A program made the translations under genes and the position numbers. DNA of 64,000 nucleotides, from positions 97,443 through 161,442 of IMG/VR virus record IMGVR_UViG_3300028048_000057. One strand, 5' to 3'. This document shows positions 20,512 through 30,433 of this stretch, piece after piece. The DNA comes from a virus. Lineage: Duplodnaviria; Caudoviricetes. The notes beneath the pieces are model-generated. The model made no database searches. It saw only the letters and a program-made list of their open reading frames with translations, and had not been told where the DNA came from. The first letter of the stretch is position 1. Every line of letters begins with the position of its first letter.

Positions 20512-21255
20512 GTGTATAATAAAGTAAAGGAGATTATGCTCATGTTAGATGAACAACAATTAGTAGAAGTTAAAAATGAATTTATTTCTCTTTTAAGAAA
20601 TATTAAAAGAGAGGGTAGTGATATAGATGGATTAATTAGTTGGATGGAAACTAATGGATTTTTTAGTGCTCCAGCAACATCTAAATATTACTGCTCTTTT
20701 GAAGGTGGTTTAGCACTTCATTCTATCAATGTATATAAAACAATGTGTAGATTTGCTAAAGCATTTGCCTCTAAAAAAGAAACAATTGAACCAGCAAAAT
20801 TTGGTGCAAAAGGTGAAATTATCCCTGCAGTAGAAGAAACTAAATATAAATATGACCAAGACACTTTATTGATAATTGGCTTATTACATAGTATTTATAA
20901 ATCAAATCTTTTTGAAAAATATTTCAAGAATGAAAAAGTATATAGTAAATATGGTAAGAAAAAAGATGAAGGTGGATTTTATGATTGGGTTAGCACACCA
21001 GGGTATAAAGTAGTTGATGAAAGTGAAAGAGAAATTTATGGAGATAGTGGATTCTCATCTTATTTCATTATTAGTGAATTTATTCCATTAACTACAGAAG
21101 AAAGTGTTGTATTGGCTAATTTTAATGAACTATTAAGTGATGAATCAAACAAGGCTAGTATGTATCAAGTATTGTCTAAATATCCTTTAGCATCTATTTT
21201 ACTTTCAGCATCAGTGATATCTTCTTATTGTATTGAGAATCCAAATTTATTTTAA
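20512..21255 (+). CDS. HD-domain hydrolase homolog with degenerate HD motif
   Basis: FFSAPA.SKY..GGL..HS.NVY..LLH(S)IYK; true start probably the downstream ATG after AGGAG. Confidence 0.65.
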   Translation: MYNKVKEIMLMLDEQQLVEVKNEFISLLRNIKREGSDIDGLISWMETNGFFSAPATSKYYCSFEGGLALHSINVYKTMCRFAKAFASKKETIEPAKFGAKGEIIPAVEETKYKYDQDTLLIIGLLHSIYKSNLFEKYFKNEKVYSKYGKKKDEGGFYDWVSTPGYKVVDESEREIYGDSGFSSYFIISEFIPLTTEESVVLANFNELLSDESNKASMYQVLSKYPLASILLSASVISSYCIENPNLF

Positions 21256-21626
21256 TGCTTGACAAAATAATAAAACAACAATTAGATAGTCTTGAAGTTG
21301 CTGAGGTAAGTGTCTACAATGAAGATAAACATAGATACTTATTTAGAAAAGTAGGCCATTCTATTGAAATTGGTAGAAATTATATAATAAGACTAGATAA
21401 AAATTTGACTAACAAAGAACAGTCAAGTGTAATAGCAAATAATTGGAATCATGGATTAGTCCCTACTTATACTTTAATGAAAATAATTATTAAAGATAAA
21501 ATGGGAAGTATGTATTTAGTTCATGGAGATTATTTAAATGAAGATTATTCTTTAGTTGATGATTGTGCTTTTTGGGAAGGTTGGCTTCCTATAGAGCAAA
21601 TAGAAGTTTTAGAGGAGGTAAATTAA
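21255..21626 (+). CDS. Hypothetical protein
   Basis: 123-aa coupled ORF. Confidence 0.55.
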   Translation: MLDKIIKQQLDSLEVAEVSVYNEDKHRYLFRKVGHSIEIGRNYIIRLDKNLTNKEQSSVIANNWNHGLVPTYTLMKIIIKDKMGSMYLVHGDYLNEDYSLVDDCAFWEGWLPIEQIEVLEEVN

Positions 21627-21627
21627 C

Positions 21628-22662
21628 ATGGAAGCATTGGCTACTAAATATAGACCACAGACATTTGAAGAAGTTAGTGGTCAAGTCAATATTATTCAAA
21701 TATTAAAAAGACAACTTGAAACTAATTCTTTCAAGCATACCTATTTATTTTGTGGTCCTAGTGGAGATGGTAAAACAACTATTGCTAGGATTTTTGCTAA
21801 AGAATTGAATCATGGTTTTGGAGAACCTATTGAAATTGATGGTGCTTCAAATAATGGTGTGGATAATGTAAGAGCAATTATTGATGAATCAAAATCAAGA
21901 GCCATGGATTGTGAATATAAAGTTATAATTATTGATGAATGTCATATGTTAACTATACAAGCATGGAATGCTTTCTTAAAATGCCTTGAAGAACCTTCTC
22001 AATTTACAATTTTTATATTTTGTACTACAGACCCTCAAAAGATTCCTCAAACAGTTCAAAATAGATGTCAAAGATTTAATTTATCTAAAATTGAAACTAA
22101 TCTAATTAAGAATAGATTATTGTATGTTTGTAAACAAGAAGGGTTTATTAATTATGAAGAAGGTTGTGATTATATTAGTAAACTAGCAAATGGTGGAATG
22201 AGAGATGCTTTAAGTTTACTAGAAAAAGCAAGTGACTATAATAAAGATTTAACTATTATTAATGTACTAAATGCATTAGGCAATTTTTCATATAAAATGT
22301 TTTTAGAGTTAGAAAATGCCATTTATGATGGAGACCAAAAAACTATTATTGAAGTTGTAGATTCTATTTATAATAATGGAAATGATATGAAATTATTTAT
22401 TGAACAATTTTTAGAATTTACTTTAGACTTAAATAAGTATTGTTTATTTAAAGATTTAAGCATGACAAAAATTCCAACTTCTTTAGAAAAAGAAAGTGGA
22501 GACCACTTAAGTGTAGAATATGTCACTCACATTGAAAATCCTATAAATTATTACAATAGTCTAATAGATAAATTATTAGAATTAAAAACTTACTTAAAGT
22601 ATGATTCAACTCCAAAAACAACAATTGAAATTCAATTAATTCATTTTTCTAGAGGTGCTTAA
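21628..22662 (+). CDS. dnaX: Clamp loader ATPase, DnaX (gamma-like)
   Basis: LATKYRP.TF, GPSGDGKTT, IDGASNNGVD, IIDECHML, LEEP, NRC, GGMRDALS. Confidence 0.93.
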   Translation: MEALATKYRPQTFEEVSGQVNIIQILKRQLETNSFKHTYLFCGPSGDGKTTIARIFAKELNHGFGEPIEIDGASNNGVDNVRAIIDESKSRAMDCEYKVIIIDECHMLTIQAWNAFLKCLEEPSQFTIFIFCTTDPQKIPQTVQNRCQRFNLSKIETNLIKNRLLYVCKQEGFINYEEGCDYISKLANGGMRDALSLLEKASDYNKDLTIINVLNALGNFSYKMFLELENAIYDGDQKTIIEVVDSIYNNGNDMKLFIEQFLEFTLDLNKYCLFKDLSMTKIPTSLEKESGDHLSVEYVTHIENPINYYNSLIDKLLELKTYLKYDSTPKTTIEIQLIHFSRGA

Positions 22663-23462
22663 TGTTAGGCCAACAAGAAATTAAAACTAGATTACTGGAA
22701 TTACCTAATGTTACTTATTTACCTAATTCTATGCTCTTTTTAGGAGAAAAGGGATGTGGTAAACATACATTGGCTAATGAAGTATCCAATCATTATAGGT
22801 TGGCTCTTTTAGATATTACTAAAAATGTATCCTATGAAAGTATAGAAGAAATTTATTTAAATCCTACTCAAGCCTTCTACCTAATTAATGTGGATGAGAT
22901 TAGTGAAAGACAACAAAATGCTCTTCTTAAATTTATTGAAGAACCATTACCTAGTTCTTTTATTATATTAATCTCTTCATCTAAAACTCATTTACTTGAA
23001 ACTATTGTAAATAGATGTGTTGCATATGAATTTAAACCTTACACAAAAGAAGAGTTAAAAGAATTTATTCAAGATGGGGATGTAGATGATATTTTATCTC
23101 TTTGTACAACTCCAGGTCAAATACTTAGTCTTAATACTAAGTCATTAGAAGGGCTTCATACTTTATGTGATACAATGATTGATAAACTTGGAATAGCAAA
23201 ATATCCAAATGCTTTAAAAATTGTTAAAAAGATTAATTATAAAGATGAATATGATAAATATGATTTTAATATATTTTTAAATTGTTATAAATTACATTTA
23301 ATGAATAAAATACTAGTAGATAATTCTAAACTTTATTTAGACTTGTATAATATATTAGTTAAGACTTGTGAATTATTGAGCATAAATAATATTAATAAAG
23401 AATACTTCATGGAATATTTAATTACTAAGTTATGGGAAAGGTGTAAGGATGAAGTTAAGTGA
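22662..23462 (+). CDS. holB: Clamp loader delta-prime subunit
   Basis: GEKGCGK, QNALLKFIEEP, LLETIVNRC. Confidence 0.8.
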   Translation: MLGQQEIKTRLLELPNVTYLPNSMLFLGEKGCGKHTLANEVSNHYRLALLDITKNVSYESIEEIYLNPTQAFYLINVDEISERQQNALLKFIEEPLPSSFIILISSSKTHLLETIVNRCVAYEFKPYTKEELKEFIQDGDVDDILSLCTTPGQILSLNTKSLEGLHTLCDTMIDKLGIAKYPNALKIVKKINYKDEYDKYDFNIFLNCYKLHLMNKILVDNSKLYLDLYNILVKTCELLSINNINKEYFMEYLITKLWERCKDEVK

Positions 23463-24387
23463 ATTAAAGAATAATATTTTAAATAATACTTTAAGTAATA
23501 ACTTACTTATTTTTACTTGGAAAGAAAATAACTTTTTAACTTCTCAGTATATTCATGAAATAGCAAAAGTTAGAGGTCAATCAATTCAATTTGTTGATTC
23601 TTTTGAAGAGTTGATGGGCATATCTTCTAATGAAAATGTATTTGGTGAAGATTTTGGAGAAGGTGTGCTTAAAGTTTTGAGTGTGGATGTTTTTGATGAA
23701 TTGGCTAATGATTCAATGGTTAATATTGAAAATTCAATCATAGTTTGCAAAGAGATAGCCAAAGAAGTTAAGCATAGTTATGAAAATTATCCTAATTTAA
23801 TTGTGGAGTTTCCAAAAATTGAATCTTGGCAAGTTAAAGATTATATTAGGGTAAATTGTAAAGGTCTTAGTAAAGAATCTATTGAAACTTTATATTCAAT
23901 TACAAATGGAGATATATTTAGAATAGATAGTGAGTCGGGAAAAATAAGTTGTTTCCCTATAGGCAAACAAGATGAATTATTTAGAAAAATGTTATCAAGT
24001 GGAGCCTATAGTGATTTAGTCCAACTAAATGTATTTAATTTAGTAAATGCAGTAATCAAAAGAGATATGACTCTAGTAAGTGATGCTTTAAGAAATATTA
24101 ATAATATTGATATTGATGCTATAGGATTATCTACTATTCTTCACAATAATATAAAAAACATTATAGATATTCAAATGAATAGTAAAGCAACTGCAGAAGA
24201 ATTAGGGATGAGTGAAAAACAATTTATTGTTATTAAAAAGTACAATTGTGGAAAATTTAGTGATGGTCAATTAAGAAAATTATTATTATTTTTAGATGAA
24301 ATTGATTTCAAATTAAAAAGTGGAAAACTTGACATTTCTAATAAAGATAAAGTAGAATATATTGTATGTAAAATGTTAGAGAGGTAA
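23449..24387 (+). CDS. holA: Clamp loader delta subunit
   Basis: NGDIFRIDSE..K, NVFNLVNAV, IDFKLKSG C-terminal delta pattern; follows dnaX-holB. Confidence 0.7.
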   Translation: MKLSELKNNILNNTLSNNLLIFTWKENNFLTSQYIHEIAKVRGQSIQFVDSFEELMGISSNENVFGEDFGEGVLKVLSVDVFDELANDSMVNIENSIIVCKEIAKEVKHSYENYPNLIVEFPKIESWQVKDYIRVNCKGLSKESIETLYSITNGDIFRIDSESGKISCFPIGKQDELFRKMLSSGAYSDLVQLNVFNLVNAVIKRDMTLVSDALRNINNIDIDAIGLSTILHNNIKNIIDIQMNSKATAEELGMSEKQFIVIKKYNCGKFSDGQLRKLLLFLDEIDFKLKSGKLDISNKDKVEYIVCKMLER

Positions 24388-24389
24388 TT

Positions 24390-24554
24390 ATGGAACTTAC
24401 ACTTGAATATAAAGATTTAAACTATAAAATACATATAGAAGGTGAAGAAGTTAAGGTAAATAGATTTTTACAAAAATTACATCTCTTTGCTTTAAATGAA
24501 TTAAATGAAGAAGATTTAGAAGATATTACTATAGATGAGGAAATGATAAGATGA
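24390..24554 (+). CDS. Small acidic protein (54 aa, not in ORF track)
   Basis: GAGGT RBS; ATG..TGA overlapping the next start. Confidence 0.5.
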   Translation: MELTLEYKDLNYKIHIEGEEVKVNRFLQKLHLFALNELNEEDLEDITIDEEMIR

Positions 24555-25039
24555 ATAAATTTGAAAAAATAATGTTTGGTATAATGTTTTGGATTGTATC
24601 CTTAACTTGGGGAGCACTTTTAACTATTCCAGGTATCATTATTGCATTATTTGCAATTTTGTTAGGGGGAACTCTTCATAAAAATGGTTGCACTTTTATT
24701 ATTGAGGTAGGAAATAATTGGGGAGGTCTTGAAATTGGTGCTATTGCTTTTTGTGGTAGATATTCACAAAAAGAAGGCCCTTGTTATAATCCAAGTTGGT
24801 ATGAACACACAAGAGCACATGAATTTGGTCATAATCTTCAACAATTAATTTTAGGTCCATTTCAACTATTTTTAGTTTTTATTCCTAGTGCTATTAGATA
24901 TTGGTATTCTAGAATTCATGGATTAAAACATCCTTATGACTATGCTCTTTTTGAATATATAGCAAGCAAATTAGGATACTATTGGATGAGAAAGTTAGAT
25001 GCTTCTTTCAAGGAAGAATATACATATAAAAGAAAATAA
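24551..25039 (+). CDS. Membrane protein with HEXXH zinc-peptidase motif
   Basis: Hydrophobic N-terminal segments; RAHEFGH..Q..LGP; FE..A. Confidence 0.6.
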   Translation: MNKFEKIMFGIMFWIVSLTWGALLTIPGIIIALFAILLGGTLHKNGCTFIIEVGNNWGGLEIGAIAFCGRYSQKEGPCYNPSWYEHTRAHEFGHNLQQLILGPFQLFLVFIPSAIRYWYSRIHGLKHPYDYALFEYIASKLGYYWMRKLDASFKEEYTYKRK

Positions 25040-25065
25040 GTGTATAATAAACTAGAGGTAAAGGG

Positions 25066-26079
25066 ATGAAGAAAATATTAATTGTTGGTGATGTACATTG
25101 GTCAACTTATTCTTCTATACTAAGAACTAGAGGACTTAAATGTTCTATAAGATTAGAAAGATTAATTGCAAGTTTAAATTGGTGTGAGCAGTTAGCAATA
25201 GAAAAAGGATGCGATAGTGTCCTTTATTTAGGTGACTTCTTTGATAAACCAGAATTATATGGTGAAGAAATTACTATGCTTAATTCTATTAAATGGAATT
25301 CACTTCCACATTATTTTATTGTAGGTAATCATGAAAGTGATGTTGCTTCTTTAGAGTACAATTCTACAGAGGCACTTAGAAAGAATAATTTTGAGATTAT
25401 TAATAAACCAACAATAATAGATAATATTGTTATTCTTCCATACATTACAGAAGATGCTAGACTTCCACTTAAAGATTATTTACAAGGAACAAATAAACCT
25501 ATTGTTTTTGCTCATAATGACTTAAAGGGAATTAGGTATGGTAAATATGAATCCAAAACAGGATTTGAATTAACAGAAATTGAAGAATTAACTTCATTGT
25601 ATATTAATGGTCATCTTCACAATGGGGCTTGGGTTACTAAGAAAATTTTAAACCTAGGTATTTTATGTGGTCAGAATTTTGGAGAAGATGCCTTTAATTA
25701 TGAACATCAAGTTATGATTTTAGATGTGGATACTTTATCTTATGATTTAATTGAAAATCCACATGCTATTAATTTTTATAAAATAGAAATAAATACTAGA
25801 GAAGATTTTAATTGCATAAAAAATATTAAAAATTATGCAGTTCTTTCTATTAAATGTGCAAATAGTCTTAAAGAAGAACTCAAAGAAATTCTAGATAAAG
25901 ACCCTAGAATTCTAACTTATAAATTAGTTATCTATATAGAAACTAAAGATGATACTACAAGTGAAGCACAAGTAGAATTAAAAGGATTAGATTATATAGA
26001 TAGATTTAAAGAATTTATTATTAATAATATGGGCAATGATGAGGTTGTCATGGAAGAACTTGAGGAGGTATGTAAATAA
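25066..26079 (+). CDS. sbcD: SbcD/Mre11-like nuclease
   Basis: GDVH, LGDFFD, GNHE, AHND, GHLH motifs. Confidence 0.88.
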   Translation: MKKILIVGDVHWSTYSSILRTRGLKCSIRLERLIASLNWCEQLAIEKGCDSVLYLGDFFDKPELYGEEITMLNSIKWNSLPHYFIVGNHESDVASLEYNSTEALRKNNFEIINKPTIIDNIVILPYITEDARLPLKDYLQGTNKPIVFAHNDLKGIRYGKYESKTGFELTEIEELTSLYINGHLHNGAWVTKKILNLGILCGQNFGEDAFNYEHQVMILDVDTLSYDLIENPHAINFYKIEINTREDFNCIKNIKNYAVLSIKCANSLKEELKEILDKDPRILTYKLVIYIETKDDTTSEAQVELKGLDYIDRFKEFIINNMGNDEVVMEELEEVCK

Positions 26080-27971
26080 TGAATATCACATTCAATAAGT
26101 TAACTATCCATCATTTTCTTTCAATGGGAGATTGTGAAATTGATTTGAATAATAGGGGATATTGTTTAGTTAGTGGAATCAATAACAACCCTAAAGATGC
26201 AGCAAAATCTAATGGTTCAGGAAAATCAACAATTTGGAGTGCTTTATCTTATGTTTTAACTGGAAAAACAGTTCAAGGAACTACAAGTGATTTACCTAAT
26301 AACTTTTATGGAGATGGTTGTTGGGTATCTTTGTCCTTCAATGTTGATGGCCATGATTATATAGTTACAAGAAGTAAAGAAGATAAAAATCTTGGAACTA
26401 ATTTAAAAATTGTTATGGATGGTGTAGATAAGAGTGGTAAAGGCATTCAGGAATCACAAAAAGCCTTGAGTGATTTACTTCCAGACCTTAATGAAGAATT
26501 AATTGGAAGTATTATCATTTTAGGTCAAGGCATGCCAGATAAATTCACTAAAAATACTCCAGCAAAAAGAAAAGAAATTCTTGAACACTTATCCAAGAGT
26601 GATTTTATGATTGAAGACCTTAAGAATAGGGTTACAAATAGAATAAATGCATTAAGTGCCATGGTAAGAGAAGTGGAAGACACTACTCTTAAAAACAGCA
26701 CCTTAAAGACTACTTTTAGCCAACAATTAGAAAATGCTAAAGTGGAGTTAGAAAACCTTATTAAAAGTGTGGAAGACATTGATTTAGATAAAAATATTGA
26801 GGATTTGCAATTAAAATTAAATGAATTGGATGAAACAATTAAAAGTTTAAATGAAAAAATTTCTCAAATGAATGAAGACATTGAAAAGGCAAATGCCTCT
26901 GTTTTAGATGCAACAAACATGAAACAAAATGCAATTAATAAAGTTAGAGAGACTCATGAACAATATGCTAAAGAGGATAATGAAAAGAAAACTAAATTGA
27001 ATGGTGATATCTATATTCTTAATAATGAGATAACAAAATTAAAATCAATTACAGATGTTTGTCCTACATGTGGTCAAAAAATACCTAATGTTAGTAAACC
27101 AGATACAAGTACAAAAGAACAAGAATTAGAAGCATTAAGAAAACAATTACAAGAACTAAATAATATTATTCTTGAAGATAATGAAGAATATCAAGAAATT
27201 TTAAAAAAGATTGATGCTGAGTTTAATGGTAATATTCAATCTTTACAAAAGAAGTTATCAGAATTAAAAGAAGAATTGAGACAATTTAATCAAAAAGTTT
27301 ATACTCATAGTAATGATAAAATTATATTAACTCAACAACTAACTTCTTCTAAAGCCAAGAAAGATACATATTTAGAAAATAAACAAAGAATTGAAAATAC
27401 AATTAATGATTTAACTAAAAAGGTAAATGAGTTAGAAAAATCATTAGAAGAACTTGCTACCAAGAGTAGTAATTTGAAATTACATCAGGATGTAGTCAAC
27501 AAGATGAACACTTATATTAAAAGAGATTTTAGAGGATTCTTACTTGCCAATGTTATTGATTACATTCAATTAAAAGCAAAAGAATATAGTTCTCAAATAT
27601 TTGATACAGATGAAATTGTATTTGCCTTAGATGGCAATAATATTGATATTTCATTTTGTGGAAAAGCATATGAAAATCTTAGTGGTGGAGAAAAACAAAG
27701 GGTTGACCTTATTGTTCAATTTGCAATTAGAGATATGATGTGCCAATATTTAAACTTCTCTTGCAATATTTTAGTTTTAGATGAGATTACAGATGCTTTA
27801 GATAGTGTAAGTTGTGATAGGGTATTAAACTTTATTACTAAAGAATTAACAAGTGTAGAAAGTGTATTTATTATTTCACACCATGCAAATGAATTAGATA
27901 TTGCTTGTGATGGAGAAATTATAGTAATGAAAGATTCAAATGGTGTTAGTGAAGTAACAAGTCAATATTAA
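26079..27971 (+). CDS. sbcC: SbcC/Rad50-like ABC ATPase
   Basis: NGSGKS, coiled coil with CPTCG hook, LSGGEKQR, LDE..D.LD, ISH. Confidence 0.92.
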   Translation: MNITFNKLTIHHFLSMGDCEIDLNNRGYCLVSGINNNPKDAAKSNGSGKSTIWSALSYVLTGKTVQGTTSDLPNNFYGDGCWVSLSFNVDGHDYIVTRSKEDKNLGTNLKIVMDGVDKSGKGIQESQKALSDLLPDLNEELIGSIIILGQGMPDKFTKNTPAKRKEILEHLSKSDFMIEDLKNRVTNRINALSAMVREVEDTTLKNSTLKTTFSQQLENAKVELENLIKSVEDIDLDKNIEDLQLKLNELDETIKSLNEKISQMNEDIEKANASVLDATNMKQNAINKVRETHEQYAKEDNEKKTKLNGDIYILNNEITKLKSITDVCPTCGQKIPNVSKPDTSTKEQELEALRKQLQELNNIILEDNEEYQEILKKIDAEFNGNIQSLQKKLSELKEELRQFNQKVYTHSNDKIILTQQLTSSKAKKDTYLENKQRIENTINDLTKKVNELEKSLEELATKSSNLKLHQDVVNKMNTYIKRDFRGFLLANVIDYIQLKAKEYSSQIFDTDEIVFALDGNNIDISFCGKAYENLSGGEKQRVDLIVQFAIRDMMCQYLNFSCNILVLDEITDALDSVSCDRVLNFITKELTSVESVFIISHHANELDIACDGEIIVMKDSNGVSEVTSQY

Positions 27972-27982
27972 GAGGTGATTAT

Positions 27983-28837
27983 ATGGCATTATATACAAAT
28001 AATGAAAACTTAAAAGTAGTAGACATGTGTAAAATTTTTGATGAGGAGTTCCCTTTAGAAAATAGAGATGATAATAAATTATTTAAATATTTATATCTCA
28101 TAATTTATGCAGTAACCCTTAAAGAAAAACCAACATGGTTTCAAAGATATGAAGATTATGATGCGTATGCTACATATAGCACAAAAGTACTATATGGAAG
28201 ATTTATTAAGCAACAAAAAGAAGGTAAACAACTTAAATCTATTTTAAATTATTTTCATGGAGCAATGAATGGTTTAAGAATTAACTTTCAAAGAGAAGAA
28301 TTTGCAGAAGTAATTAATGCAGAGCATAGTGAATTTATTCCAGAGCAATTTTTGGAAAATATGCAAGTTAGTTTATCAAATGAATACTTTGCACAAGAAA
28401 GAGAAGATGAAATTACTAAATTACTTAATAATGTACATAAAGTAGCCAAACAAGTTATTAAAGAAAGTCCTTATGCAAAAGACTCTATTATGAGTCATAG
28501 ATTATATATTTCAATGTTATTGACTTTCTTAAGTAATCTAACCATTAATAATAAAGCAATGAGTAAATTTAATAAAAAATTAAAGAAAAATGTAAAAGAT
28601 TCAGATGATATATTTACAAAACTTTTAGAAAAAGAAAAATTAGAGTCTCCTATTTTATGGAAACTTGATTCATCAATGAGTGATTATGTTAGATTATTAG
28701 TTAATAAAATGAAATTTAAGTTAGCCAATAAATTAAGAGATATAAAAAATTATTATATACTCCCAGAAGATGTTGTGGTTGGAATTATGGCTAGTGCTTA
28801 TAGTGATGGATATAAAAATGATGTGGAGGAAGAGTAA
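27983..28837 (+). CDS. Hypothetical protein, possibly a gp55-like late sigma factor
   Basis: Weak sigma region-2-like pattern; adjacent to gp46/47-like genes. Confidence 0.3.
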   Translation: MALYTNNENLKVVDMCKIFDEEFPLENRDDNKLFKYLYLIIYAVTLKEKPTWFQRYEDYDAYATYSTKVLYGRFIKQQKEGKQLKSILNYFHGAMNGLRINFQREEFAEVINAEHSEFIPEQFLENMQVSLSNEYFAQEREDEITKLLNNVHKVAKQVIKESPYAKDSIMSHRLYISMLLTFLSNLTINNKAMSKFNKKLKKNVKDSDDIFTKLLEKEKLESPILWKLDSSMSDYVRLLVNKMKFKLANKLRDIKNYYILPEDVVVGIMASAYSDGYKNDVEEE

Positions 28838-29230
28838 ATGCCAAAAAGTAATATTGTAAAGGAATTAAATAATTTAAGTGCAAAAGATATATTTTCTATG
28901 ACTTTATTTGCACTATATAAATTAAAAGACAATCCAAAGTATGCAACATTAAGTGAATTAGTTTATGTTTTAGATAAAGAAAGTCTTTTTAACTTTTTAA
29001 GTGTATTTGAAGGATTAACTATCAATGTACCTAAGTTAAGTGAATTGCAAGAAATTATTTATGGGTTAATGCTATTTACATTAGTGAATGTACAAGAAGT
29101 TCCTTATGATGAAGCATTTAATCAAGTGTATAAACCTTCTATGGATAGAGAAGCACTAAAGAAGAGTTATGAAACTATTTGTCAAGTAATTGATGTGAAT
29201 GAGTTTAAAAGAGAGGGAGACCATGAATGA
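28838..29230 (+). CDS. Possible Mor/C-family transcription regulator
   Basis: ELVYVLDKESLFNFLSVFEGLTINVP resembles the Mor 'FGG..IYIP' segment. Confidence 0.35.
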   Translation: MPKSNIVKELNNLSAKDIFSMTLFALYKLKDNPKYATLSELVYVLDKESLFNFLSVFEGLTINVPKLSELQEIIYGLMLFTLVNVQEVPYDEAFNQVYKPSMDREALKKSYETICQVIDVNEFKREGDHE

Positions 29231-29441
29231 TTTTTGTAAAATAGTCTATGAACTAGCAACTAAAATAGAGAACCTCCCTTCTAGAAAAGAAACTTTAGAG
29301 AAATGTGTTGAAGAAAAACTATTATTTAGTGACACTATGTATAAAGAGCAAATAGAAGAATCAAAAAAATATTTATTGTCTAGAGATAATTTAAAAGTAG
29401 TCAAAACAATTGCAAGAGAAAATAAAAAGAAAGGTGTATAA
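29199..29441 (+). CDS. Hypothetical protein
   Basis: Coupled ORF (likely start at ATG 29223). Confidence 0.5.
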   Translation: MSLKERETMNDFCKIVYELATKIENLPSRKETLEKCVEEKLLFSDTMYKEQIEESKKYLLSRDNLKVVKTIARENKKKGV

Positions 29442-29444
29442 TAA

Positions 29445-29783
29445 ATGATGGAAACTAACAAAAATTTAATTAAAGGTCTATCTATATTAACCACAATTAA
29501 TGAATCACATTTAGAAAGATTAGTGGATTTAAGCAAATTAGTTATTGTAGATGAAATAGTTGAACAATTAGAACAAGGTCAAGAAATAGTAAAAATTGAC
29601 ATTGGAATTGGTACTTTACTTTTACATTATTCAGGAGAATCCATAAAATTCAAATTTACTCCAAATGCTAAATTTGAAGAAGATATTGTTAATGCATGTA
29701 TCCATAAAGTAAATTTAATTGATGACAAAGTAGAGTCTTCATTGAAAGATAAGATAGTAAATACATATAAGGATTTAATTTAA
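29445..29783 (+). CDS. Possible HU/IHF-like DNA-binding protein with short arm
   Basis: DEIVEQLEQGQEIV..GIGTL..KFKFTPN pattern. Confidence 0.4.
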   Translation: MMETNKNLIKGLSILTTINESHLERLVDLSKLVIVDEIVEQLEQGQEIVKIDIGIGTLLLHYSGESIKFKFTPNAKFEEDIVNACIHKVNLIDDKVESSLKDKIVNTYKDLI

Positions 29784-30430
29784 TGATTGAAGATAAAACA
29801 TTAGTGGAAAAGGAATTAGAACCTCAATTTGAAGAAGATTCTAATGATGTTGAAGAAGAGCCTTTAACCGAAGAACCAAAGGCCACTTTAACTATAGAAT
29901 CTCCAGTAGTTGTAGTTGAACCTATTTCACTAAAATCTTCTTCAGATGAAATATTAGATAGAATATCAAAAGCAGAAAGTGTGGAAGAGTTAAAAGAATT
30001 AACTAGACTCTTTCATTTAAGTCTTGCTAAAAAAGAGGCTTCAAGAGCCTTAACTCAAAGTGAATTAGTTGATTTATTGTTGGAGCAAGCCAAAGAAAGA
30101 ATTACTAAGAGAGCAGATGAATTATCACATAAAGATGTGTTAGATTATATAACTGCTTTTCAAAATTCTCTTGACAAATCTTCAAAATCATTAGATAGTA
30201 AAATAGTAGAGGCTCAACCTTTAACTTTAAATCAAACTAATCAAGAAATAAATATTAATATTGATTCTGGAAAATCTATTGCTATTGATGAAGAATCTAG
30301 AGCAAGAATATTAGATGTTATTAATGCTATTACAAAAGGTAGTGTACAACAAAAAACAATACAAGAAATAAGTGATGAAGTTATGACTGTTAAAAGTGAT
30401 TCTAAAGAAGAACCAAAAGGAGAAGAATAA
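29783..30430 (+). CDS. Acidic helical hypothetical protein
   Basis: 215-aa coupled ORF. Confidence 0.55.
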   Translation: MIEDKTLVEKELEPQFEEDSNDVEEEPLTEEPKATLTIESPVVVVEPISLKSSSDEILDRISKAESVEELKELTRLFHLSLAKKEASRALTQSELVDLLLEQAKERITKRADELSHKDVLDYITAFQNSLDKSSKSLDSKIVEAQPLTLNQTNQEININIDSGKSIAIDEESRARILDVINAITKGSVQQKTIQEISDEVMTVKSDSKEEPKGEE

Positions 30431-30433
30431 AGA

